A DNA stretch of 46,894 nt from a virus (lineage: Duplodnaviria; Caudoviricetes). This document shows positions 1 to 6,544 of the stretch, piece by piece (the stretch's first letter is position 1; each line of letters begins with the position of its first letter). The notes under the pieces are model-generated. The model worked only from the letters and a program-made list of their open reading frames with translations. It ran no database searches and was not told the origin of the DNA. The DNA is taken from IMG/VR virus record IMGVR_UViG_3300022909_001314, positions 1 through 46,894 of that record, one strand, 5' to 3'. A program made the translations under genes and the position numbers.

Positions 1-2
1 TC

Positions 3-31
3 TTGACATTTTTGTTCTCTGCGTGTATAAT
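3..31 (+). promoter_or_regulatory. sigma70-type phage promoter
   Basis: TTGACA(3-8)-N17-TATAAT(26-31). Confidence 0.85.
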
Positions 32-57
32 ATGTGTATAAATTTTTGGAGAAGATT

Positions 58-276
58 ATGCTATATGTAAGTGGTGCGTATGGACGTAGATACTTTGGCC
101 CAAAAGATGCAAAAGCAGATTGGGATGCCGGTAAAGACTTTCTTATGTACGAAGGCGGGTACATAAACAAATCAGACTGGCAGAAATACGCTCGCCTTGA
201 TTTAGTATACTTTCAATCTGTCAGTCCTTCTGGAGACATCTTTTCTTGTTGGTTAGAAAAAGATGCCCCACTATAA
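58..276 (+). CDS. hypothetical protein
   Basis: ORF track starts at 34, but ATG 58 follows a GGAGA SD and lies downstream of the promoter. Confidence 0.7.
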   Translation: MLYVSGAYGRRYFGPKDAKADWDAGKDFLMYEGGYINKSDWQKYARLDLVYFQSVSPSGDIFSCWLEKDAPL

Positions 277-433
277 AAAGTACATCGAAAATAAATGGTT
301 TATAGTTCCTCATTGTAGAAACTATCAATGGTATTGGGGGTACCGAAAAGTAAGAATGGAAAAACTTCCACATTGGGAGAAGCAAAAACTTATAGAGAGA
401 AATGCAAATGTTGAAAAGACAAACAATACCTGA
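263..433 (+). CDS. small hypothetical protein (56 aa)
   Basis: Hand-translated MPHYKKYIENKWFIVPH...; fills the gap between neighbouring genes. Confidence 0.45.
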   Translation: MPHYKKYIENKWFIVPHCRNYQWYWGYRKVRMEKLPHWEKQKLIERNANVEKTNNT

Positions 434-935
434 AGTACTATTTCACACTCGAGTTCATAGTATGGTGGACGGAAAGTACCACTGGAAAGATGTAAGTACT
501 TGGGATATTTTCGCAGGTAGAAAAATTCTTTTGTTCTCCCTGCCGGGCGCTTTCACGCCAACTTGCTCTACCTATCAACTGCCTGACTTTGAAAAAATGG
601 CCCCAGAGTTCTATGCAAAAGGTATTCATGCAATTTACTGTATCTCAGTAAACGATACATTCGTAATGAATGCATGGGCAATGGCAAACGATTTAAAAGA
701 AGTAAAAGTAATTCCTGACGGGTCGGGTATCTTTACTCACAAGATGGGAATGCTAGTATCAAAAGACAATCTTGGATTTGGACAAAGGTCCTGGCGGTAT
801 GCCGCATTAGTAAAAAACAAGGAGATTTTACATTCTTGGGTAGAACCTGGAATGGAGCCAAACGCAAAAGATGATCCTTATGGAGAAACCTCACCTCAAA
901 ATATATTAGGAGATTTAGATGAGTTACAGTTTTAA
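402..935 (+). CDS. peroxiredoxin (Prx5/redoxin family)
   Basis: PGAFTPTCS peroxidatic motif, SVNDxFVM, GFGxRSWRY. Confidence 0.92.
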   Translation: MQMLKRQTIPEVLFHTRVHSMVDGKYHWKDVSTWDIFAGRKILLFSLPGAFTPTCSTYQLPDFEKMAPEFYAKGIHAIYCISVNDTFVMNAWAMANDLKEVKVIPDGSGIFTHKMGMLVSKDNLGFGQRSWRYAALVKNKEILHSWVEPGMEPNAKDDPYGETSPQNILGDLDELQF

Positions 936-1158
936 TAAAAGTCCGGACTACAACAGTTCTGATAAAATCAATGTAGATATTCGAATTGAAGAAGATGACG
1001 TAAGTATAGAAACTATGTTTACTCAATTTAATATGTTTCTTCTTGCTTCTGGGTACTCTCAAGCGGATATTGACAAGCATATCTGGAATCTTGCAGATAA
1101 GATAGAAGATGAAGTAACAATCAAAGTTCCGCCGAAGTATAGCTACTCTGACTTATAA
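919..1158 (+). CDS. hypothetical protein
   Basis: 79-aa ORF with AGGAG SD. Confidence 0.7.
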   Translation: MSYSFNKSPDYNSSDKINVDIRIEEDDVSIETMFTQFNMFLLASGYSQADIDKHIWNLADKIEDEVTIKVPPKYSYSDL

Positions 1159-1361
1159 TGTATCATTTAGTGTATGATGATGACCAGATACATGGCATAT
1201 ATACTTGTGCTCATTACGCAGACTGTGCCTGTAGGTTTATCAAATCAAAAGATATTCCAAGTCCAAATCTTACCATTCGACAGTTGCATATGAATGAGGT
1301 AGATGGAGTAGATGTGGAGATAATATCAAAACTTCTAATGCTTAAACCAAGAGCCGAATGA
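1158..1361 (+). CDS. hypothetical protein
   Basis: TAATG-coupled ORF ending in a terminator. Confidence 0.6.
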   Translation: MYHLVYDDDQIHGIYTCAHYADCACRFIKSKDIPSPNLTIRQLHMNEVDGVDVEIISKLLMLKPRAE

Positions 1362-1373
1362 GGCTCTTTTTTT
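1349..1373 (+). terminator. rho-independent terminator
   Basis: AAGAGCC-GAATGA-GGCTCTT followed by a T-run. Confidence 0.8.
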
Positions 1374-1397
1374 ATGATATGAAAAGCAAAAATATTT

Positions 1398-1437
1398 CTT
1401 GACAAAATTGTTACAAAAATGTTACAATTTTATTACA
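1398..1437 (+). promoter_or_regulatory. promoter overlapped by 11-bp-period direct repeats
   Basis: TTGACA 1399-1404, TACAAT 1423-1428; CTTGACA/TGTTACA/TGTTACA/TATTACA at 11-bp spacing. Confidence 0.55.
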
Positions 1438-1471
1438 AAATGGTATTTTCCATTTTGAACTTTTAGTAAAT

Positions 1472-1513
1472 TTGTCGTGATGACAACAGATTCGTCGGGA
1501 TGACGATAGGAGA
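1472..1513 (+). promoter_or_regulatory. double-hairpin 5' leader motif, copy 1
   Basis: TTGTC-GTGAT-GACAA, TCGTC-GGGAT-GACGA, then TAGGAGA; similar copy at 4517-4556. Confidence 0.6.
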
Positions 1514-1519
1514 AAACGT

Positions 1520-1756
1520 ATGAAATATATGATTGCAGCACTATGTTTAGTGTTTGTGGGGGCAGCATACGCAGACGAACAATCAGTAGTTGTTCGAGAT
1601 AAAAACAATAATTATTATCTAGTAACGTATGATTGTGATAAAGTAGCAAAAAGTGCCAGGGTTAGGAACGTATCAGTAGGAGAACCTATTCTTATTCTAG
1701 ACAAGCACTACCGAAAAAGGCAGTGCACTATCACAGATGTAAAAACTTTCGCATAA
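1520..1756 (+). CDS. small secreted hypothetical protein
   Basis: Signal-peptide-like N-terminus (MKYMIAALCLVFVGAAYA), two further Cys, AGGAGA SD. Confidence 0.75.
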   Translation: MKYMIAALCLVFVGAAYADEQSVVVRDKNNNYYLVTYDCDKVAKSARVRNVSVGEPILILDKHYRKRQCTITDVKTFA

Positions 1757-1757
1757 C

Positions 1758-1781
1758 AAAAAGGGGCTTATCGCCCCTTTA
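1758..1781. terminator. bidirectional terminator
   Basis: AAAAAGGGGC-TTATC-GCCCCTTT between convergent genes. Confidence 0.8.
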
Positions 1782-1787
1782 TCAGTT

Positions 1788-2180
1788 TTAGTAAAAGTGT
1801 TCCGGATTTAGTATGATAGGTATAAGATTCGGTGGACTATAGCCCGGGCCTTTCATTACTTTTCCATCTTCTCGATGTATAGGCTTACCATCCTGTCCCA
1901 GTTTGCTCATGTTACTACGATGAACCTCTGTATAACAAGTATCAAGATCAATCCCAAATGCATGACCGGCTCCGTAAGTAACGTACAGAATGTCTGTAAG
2001 TGCATCTGCGATCTCGACCAAGTTCTCTTTATTAAGTGCATCCAGTAACTCCTCCAACTCCTCGCGTATAAGTTCGTACCGCAGGTTTCTTGTTTTCTCT
2101 TCTGGTAATGTAGCTCGTGTATGTACATCTTGACCAAATGCCCTCATGAAATCTCTAGCTTTTTCGAAGTTTGTTGCCAT
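1788..2180 (-). CDS. MazG-like/DR2231-type NTP pyrophosphohydrolase (possible dimeric dUTPase)
   Basis: EExxE...ExxDxLxDxxYV, EVHRSNMSK, DGKVxKG motifs. Confidence 0.85.
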   Translation of the reverse strand: MATNFEKARDFMRAFGQDVHTRATLPEEKTRNLRYELIREELEELLDALNKENLVEIADALTDILYVTYGAGHAFGIDLDTCYTEVHRSNMSKLGQDGKPIHREDGKVMKGPGYSPPNLIPIILNPEHFY

Positions 2181-2349
2181 TTACTCTCTTTCTCTCCCTA
2201 ACTAATGCAGCACGCTTTGCTTTTGCTTTTGTTTCTGAAGGTTTTTCATAGTATCTACGTTCTTTATACTCAAAAACTCTTTCTGAGTACAAACGCTTGA
2301 AAACTCGCAGTGCTGCTTCAACATTATTATTTCTTACTCTAACTGTCAT
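2155..2349 (-). CDS. rpsU: 30S ribosomal protein bS21 homolog
   Basis: VRNNNVEAALRVFKR...YYEKPSE, basic C-terminus, 64 aa. Confidence 0.9.
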   Translation of the reverse strand: MTVRVRNNNVEAALRVFKRLYSERVFEYKERRYYEKPSETKAKAKRAALVRERKRVNGNKLRKS

Positions 2350-2572
2350 TTAATACCGCTTTTTTACGTTCAGCAGGAGGCAGTCCCCAGACTGTTCTTG
2401 CTTCCGCCTTGTGTCCTGCCTTGTCTACAACAAGCATTACACGCTTTCCTTTTATCCAAGCATCTACTTGGTTAAGTAGACGTTTCATGCCTTTACTAGT
2501 ACGTGCTTTAGTATGCTTACGTTCGCCTTTGCTAGTGTAACCACCTTTACCCATACGCTTCTTCTTGCTCAT
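2339..2572 (-). CDS. small basic hypothetical protein
   Basis: Lys/Arg-rich, YTSKGER...LNQVDAWIKGK; overlaps the bS21 start. Confidence 0.75.
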   Translation of the reverse strand: MSKKKRMGKGGYTSKGERKHTKARTSKGMKRLLNQVDAWIKGKRVMLVVDKAGHKAEARTVWGLPPAERKKAVLNDS

Positions 2573-2709
2573 AGTGCTCCCCTCTTTATAAAAGCATCAT
2601 ATTTAATATCTAAAAATTTTCCATAATCTGTAGTAATGTAGTGAGTGCTATTTCTCCACATTTCTACAAGTTCTGTATCAAAAAGAGTTAAAAACTCATC
2701 AAAGCTCAT
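2569..2709 (-). CDS. small hypothetical protein (46 aa)
   Basis: Hand-translated MSFDEFLTLF...; ATGA overlaps at both ends. Confidence 0.6.
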   Translation of the reverse strand: MSFDEFLTLFDTELVEMWRNSTHYITTDYGKFLDIKYDAFIKRGAL

Positions 2710-2786
2710 TCAGTAATTCCTAAAAAGAGGCAAGTAATTAAAAATATTGCGCTGATAACAAATGCTGTATCAATTATTAGTTCCAT
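2706..2786 (-). CDS. small membrane peptide (26 aa)
   Basis: MELIIDTAFVISAIFLITCLFLGITE; ATGA coupling to the next gene. Confidence 0.5.
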   Translation of the reverse strand: MELIIDTAFVISAIFLITCLFLGITE

Positions 2787-2955
2787 GTTTAAAATACCAA
2801 CCTCTCTTTTTAAGGTAATAAACTTGTGATGTTATTGACTGTAGTGTTCGCTGTGGTAGTAGCTCCAGGAGCTTTTCTTTATCGACTGTATAGTAATTGT
2901 CTCTTAGTAAGATACGTTCTTGCACTGACCACGGTTTTTTAACATACTTTTTCAT
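2770..2955 (-). CDS. Myb/SANT-like helix-turn-helix protein
   Basis: PWSxQExxLL...LPQRTxxSI pattern; ATG 2955 lies just downstream of the - strand promoter. Confidence 0.6.
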   Translation of the reverse strand: MKKYVKKPWSVQERILLRDNYYTVDKEKLLELLPQRTLQSITSQVYYLKKRGWYFKHGTNN

Positions 2956-2962
2956 AGTTCTT

Positions 2963-2991
2963 ATTATACGAGAAAATGACCTGGAAGTCAA
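2963..2991 (-). promoter_or_regulatory. sigma70-type promoter of the bS21 operon
   Basis: - strand TTGACT-N17-TATAAT. Confidence 0.85.
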
Positions 2992-3023
2992 GAGATATTT
3001 TTTACCTCGCTTCCAAAAAGTTC

Positions 3024-3052
3024 TTGACATTTTTGGTATCTTTTGATATAAT
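3024..3052 (+). promoter_or_regulatory. sigma70-type promoter facing the tmRNA
   Basis: TTGACA-N17-TATAAT, back-to-back with 2963-2991. Confidence 0.85.
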
Positions 3053-3099
3053 ATTCGCTATGAGATAGTTCCATTCCGAACTAAGTTACGGAGAAAAAA

Positions 3100-3255
3100 T
3101 TGGCTACAACGGCTGAAATTGCAGTATTTGTGTTTTGCCTTATAGGGTGTGGCTACCATTGCTGGGCCCTAGGTAAACGTGAAGGAATAGAAGGAACTGT
3201 TCAGTACTTAATTGATACTGGTGTGCTCACAGTAGAGGACGAAGTAGAAAGTTAG
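3100..3255 (+). CDS. small membrane protein (51 aa)
   Basis: GGAGA SD, TTG start, N-terminal hydrophobic helix (IAVFVFCLIGCGY). Confidence 0.65.
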   Translation: MATTAEIAVFVFCLIGCGYHCWALGKREGIEGTVQYLIDTGVLTVEDEVES

Positions 3256-3261
3256 TATAAA

Positions 3262-3583
3262 AACCTTTTGATTCGATGAAGTAACGAATTGACGGATGGA
3301 CACGGGTTTGAATCCCGTCGCCTCCACCATAAGCGGTCTCGCAATCTTACATGGGTCTAGTGTTGGGTTGTACTTGGAGATAGACTCCCAAGTTTTAGAG
3401 TCTGCTTTTGATGGGGGCGTTTTGAATTCGACAGACGGACAAGGACATTATGGAGAATCGGTGCGGAAGCTACCTTAACGCAACAACCTTAATAAATGCC
3501 AACGACGACATTTATACTACTGCTATCGCTGCTTAATAGTTGACGAAAAGCGGGGTTCGGGGAGCCTGGCAACAGAATTCCCC
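3262..3583 (+). ncRNA. ssrA: circularly permuted (two-piece) tmRNA
   Basis: T-arm ACGGG-TTTGAAT-CCCGT plus CGCCTCC-A-CCA (3302-3329) lies upstream of GGGGGCG (3413-3419); the 7-bp acceptor stem has the G3:U pair; tag ANDDIYTTAIAA-TAA-TAG at 3498-3539; outer boundaries approximate. Confidence 0.92.
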
Positions 3584-3601
3584 ATGTCTTTAGGAACCCC
3601 T

Positions 3602-4519
3602 ATGAAACTATTAGCATTAGCTAGTTTACTTCTTACCCTTTCCTTTACTACAAGTGCTCAAGAAGCAGGAATGATCGAATTTGATGTTCCTCCAGGGCCT
3701 CTTGCGGGCAAAGCACACTGGTACGCTCTTCGGACAATGAAAGGGATAGAATATTGGGACAAACCAGCAGTTTTAAGTGATATTACAGAAAATGAGGATG
3801 GTACTTACTCTGTTTCAGGAGAACCTCCTATAAGTATTGCTTTAGTATTACACCCTCTTTGGGGAGACAGCAAAGACCCTTGGAGAGTAGCCCTAGATTG
3901 GATTCGACAAGCCGAACAACTATTCCGAAATAGTGGAGTACCTCTTCGATTTGTAGTAGAACATATAGAAACGAACGAAGATTTCCCAGATAGTAAAAGA
4001 AGTGCACATGATTGGCTAGAAGGAGAAAGAACCCGCTTAGTTAACACTCATGGTGTAGATATGGTTGTAGGACTTGCATATCATTTTTTTGGAGATCCTC
4101 TCTGCGGGGTCGCAACAATGGGAAGATACGATATTTATTACCCAGGAATTGTTTCTGTTTCAGGATGCGATGTAAAAACATTAGCTCATGAGATGGGACA
4201 TAATTTCGGATTAAATCACGATTTTAAAACTGAAGAAAGAGGAAATACAGGATACTGTATTGTCGGAGAGTCGGGGTCAAGTGAAACTTGTTCTAAAGGA
4301 ACAATTATGGCTTACTCTCAAACAAGAGTACCCTTTTTCTCTAGTACTGCACATACATATAAAAAAGACCTTTTAGGAATAGAAGGTAAAGATGCAGTAG
4401 CTTATTTAAATAAAGTAAAAACAGGAAGAGCTTTGTCTTATGAACTAAGAGCAGAGTATGATTCCTACTTAATACAACCAGACGAAATAGTCTCTTGTGA
4501 AGCTGTAATTACAGACTAG
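3602..4519 (+). CDS. secreted zinc metalloprotease (reprolysin/metzincin-like)
   Basis: Signal peptide; HEMGHNFGLNH zinc motif; downstream Met-turn TIMAY. Confidence 0.85.
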   Translation: MKLLALASLLLTLSFTTSAQEAGMIEFDVPPGPLAGKAHWYALRTMKGIEYWDKPAVLSDITENEDGTYSVSGEPPISIALVLHPLWGDSKDPWRVALDWIRQAEQLFRNSGVPLRFVVEHIETNEDFPDSKRSAHDWLEGERTRLVNTHGVDMVVGLAYHFFGDPLCGVATMGRYDIYYPGIVSVSGCDVKTLAHEMGHNFGLNHDFKTEERGNTGYCIVGESGSSETCSKGTIMAYSQTRVPFFSSTAHTYKKDLLGIEGKDAVAYLNKVKTGRALSYELRAEYDSYLIQPDEIVSCEAVITD

Positions 4520-4556
4520 TCGTGAGACTATAACTCGTCGAGATGACGATAGGAGA
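4517..4556 (+). promoter_or_regulatory. double-hairpin 5' leader motif, copy 2
   Basis: TAGTC-GTGA-GACTA, TCGTC-GAGAT-GACGA, then TAGGAGA. Confidence 0.6.
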
Positions 4557-4560
4557 TACA

Positions 4561-4668
4561 ATGAAAAATCAAAAATCACAGTTATTTCGCCCACTTAATA
4601 CTATTGGAATCTATTTTCTAACAGTATGGGTTGGAGCGGGGATGTACTTCTCGCTAGCAGGAATGTAA
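4561..4668 (+). CDS. small single-TM membrane protein (35 aa)
   Basis: MKNQKSQLFRPLNTIGIYFLTVWVGAGMYFSLAGM; strong SD; stop abuts the lysozyme ATG. Confidence 0.65.
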   Translation: MKNQKSQLFRPLNTIGIYFLTVWVGAGMYFSLAGM

Positions 4669-5118
4669 ATGAATAGAGATGCCGTTTACCAACAATTGAT
4701 GATTGATGAAGGAGTGGAGTATAAAATTTATCAAGACCACTTAGGCTACTTAACTTTTGGAATCGGACACCTAATACAGGACTGTGACATTGAATCAGGA
4801 CAATCATTAGGAAGTCCTGTTAGTGAGGAACGAGTTCGAGAAGTTTTTGAAAAAGACCTTAACCTTGCCATTGCTGAGTGTAGTGCTTTATATGGACAAG
4901 GAACTTTTGATCGATTACCTGGAGAAGTCCAAGAAATCTTAGTTAACATGATGTTCAATATGGGACGCACTCGACTTTCTAAGTTTAAAAAATTCAATGC
5001 AGCAATTGCAGACAAGGACTGGGCAACGGCAGCTATAGAAGGCCGGGACAGTCTTTGGTATCGGCAAGTAACAAATCGCGCTGAAAGATTGATGGTACGA
5101 CTAGAAAATATTGCTTGA
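4669..5118 (+). CDS. phage lysozyme (GH24, T4-type)
   Basis: DEG...YxDxxGxxTxGIGHL catalytic motif; SLWYRQVxxRAxRL C-terminus. Confidence 0.9.
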   Translation: MNRDAVYQQLMIDEGVEYKIYQDHLGYLTFGIGHLIQDCDIESGQSLGSPVSEERVREVFEKDLNLAIAECSALYGQGTFDRLPGEVQEILVNMMFNMGRTRLSKFKKFNAAIADKDWATAAIEGRDSLWYRQVTNRAERLMVRLENIA

Positions 5119-5143
5119 CATAACAAGTTGTTTGTAGTATAAT
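5115..5143 (+). promoter_or_regulatory. sigma70-type promoter
   Basis: TTGACA-N17-TATAAT. Confidence 0.85.
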
Positions 5144-5167
5144 ATATGCTTCTGTTAGGAGTATACC

Positions 5168-5764
5168 ATGAACCTTTTTTATCTTGATGAAAATTTAGAC
5201 AAGTGCGCAGAAGCTCATGTCGATAAACACATTGTAAAAATGCCCTTGGAAGTTGCTCAGATATGTTGCACAACTATCTGGATTGACCTAATCCTGGGAT
5301 TTGTTCCTCGTGCGCTTACGAAGGAAGAGACAGCTATTTTGAATGAAGCAAAAGCTCCAGAAAAGCCTCTCAAGCCGGAAGAGCGCACTATCACTCCTTA
5401 CTTACCTATGATGTATAATCACCCATGTACTATATGGGCACGAAGTTCGCTCGATAATTACGAGTGGACTCATTGTTATGGAAACGCACTTGGAGAAGAA
5501 TATCGTTATCGGTATGGAAAACAACACAAATCAGTTACAGTCATCAACCAACTACCGGAGCCTCTCAAAATGGAGAGACTTGGATTTACCACTTTCGGAC
5601 TGGCAATGCCGGACGTGCTCAAAGACTATGATAATCCTATACAGTCTTATCGTGACTATTATCATCTCGACAAGGCTACTTTTGCCGTTTGGTCTCACAG
5701 ACCCAAACCCAGTTGGTGGGACGATGATCTTGCAGACTACGAGAAGAGGATTACAGCGAAATGA
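5168..5764 (+). CDS. pyrimidine-dimer DNA glycosylase/endonuclease V-like protein
   Basis: MNLFYLD...HVDKHIVKMxLExAQ, NHPCTIW, EYxxRYGKxH. Confidence 0.75.
   Translation: MNLFYLDENLDKCAEAHVDKHIVKMPLEVAQICCTTIWIDLILGFVPRALTKEETAILNEAKAPEKPLKPEERTITPYLPMMYNHPCTIWARSSLDNYEWTHCYGNALGEEYRYRYGKQHKSVTVINQLPEPLKMERLGFTTFGLAMPDVLKDYDNPIQSYRDYYHLDKATFAVWSHRPKPSWWDDDLADYEKRITAK
5691..5764 (+). repeat. 74-bp direct repeat, copy 1
   Basis: Identical to 6160-6233 except one C/T mismatch (5722/6191). Confidence 0.95.
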
Positions 5765-6237
5765 TAATACATAAACATCGTACTATAGCTAATGATTTAA
5801 TAATGCTTATGCATATTAAAACTCCTTCAAAAATAGTTGAGGATTTACGAACAGAATTAAATTACCATATAGGCCTCAGAACTTTATATCGTGCTTGGGA
5901 GGATGAGTCAATTGCCGTTAAGCCCTTTGAAGCTAAAAAAGATTTTAAAAAGGTAATATGTGATTGCATATATGCAAAGAGAAGAACAAAAACAAAAAAT
6001 ATAGAAGAAGTGTATGCAGACATAGAAACCGAAAAAATAGATAATATTTTAGAAGAAATATATAACTATCTACTTGCAGCAGTAGAAGTTAAATTGCAAG
6101 AAAGTAGCTATAAAGAAATCTTATTAGAGATAACTAAAGACGTAATTTCAGAGTTGGAGGGTCTCACAGACCCAAACCCAGTTGGTGGGATGATGATCTT
6201 GCAGACTACGAGAAGAGGATTACAGCGAAATGAGTGA
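5761..6237 (+). CDS. hypothetical protein bracketed by direct repeats
   Basis: 158-aa AT-rich ORF; C-terminus is read from the repeat in an alternative frame. Confidence 0.7.
   Translation: MIIHKHRTIANDLIMLMHIKTPSKIVEDLRTELNYHIGLRTLYRAWEDESIAVKPFEAKKDFKKVICDCIYAKRRTKTKNIEEVYADIETEKIDNILEEIYNYLLAAVEVKLQESSYKEILLEITKDVISELEGLTDPNPVGGMMILQTTRRGLQRNE
6160..6233 (+). repeat. 74-bp direct repeat, copy 2
   Basis: Matches 5691-5764. Confidence 0.95.
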
Positions 6238-6544
6238 CTCAATTTTTGATTTAGAGCAACAAATTCAAGACTGTTGGAAAGTTACAGATGATATGGGGTT
6301 AGTAGCAAGCCATATAATAAATACGTCTGAGCTTTCAGATGCTGAGGTTATGTATAAGTATATAGTAGCTATTAAAGACTTGTACGAACTTAAGTTTCAA
6401 AATATGTGGGATACTTTTGACAAAGTTTGTAAAGAGTATCATATTGCTCATAAACAGGCAGGACTTGAGCGAGACAAAGAGTTACAGAGCTTATTTGACG
6501 AAAAAGAGTTGATTCTTTCGTTAGGCGAAGAAGAGCACTACTAA
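6230..6544 (+). CDS. hypothetical protein
   Basis: FDLEQQIxxCWxVTDD motif; SD supplied by the repeat. Confidence 0.75.
   Translation: MSDSIFDLEQQIQDCWKVTDDMGLVASHIINTSELSDAEVMYKYIVAIKDLYELKFQNMWDTFDKVCKEYHIAHKQAGLERDKELQSLFDEKELILSLGEEEHY

Noticed and set aside
3299-3329. Apparent tRNA 3' end or attP fragment
   Set aside because: Its pairing partner is downstream (3413) and a tag frame follows, so it is a permuted tmRNA and not a tRNA.
3296-3478. 60-aa ORF in the track
   Set aside because: It lies across the tmRNA acceptor stem and spacer and has no SD, so it is probably spurious.
4746-5273. 175-aa antisense ORF
   Set aside because: It spans the lysozyme, a promoter and the next gene on the opposite strand, with no motif or SD.
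5478-5774. 98-aa ORF sharing a C-terminal peptide with 5761-6237
   Set aside because: It is an alternative-frame by-product of the 74-bp repeat inside a real gene.
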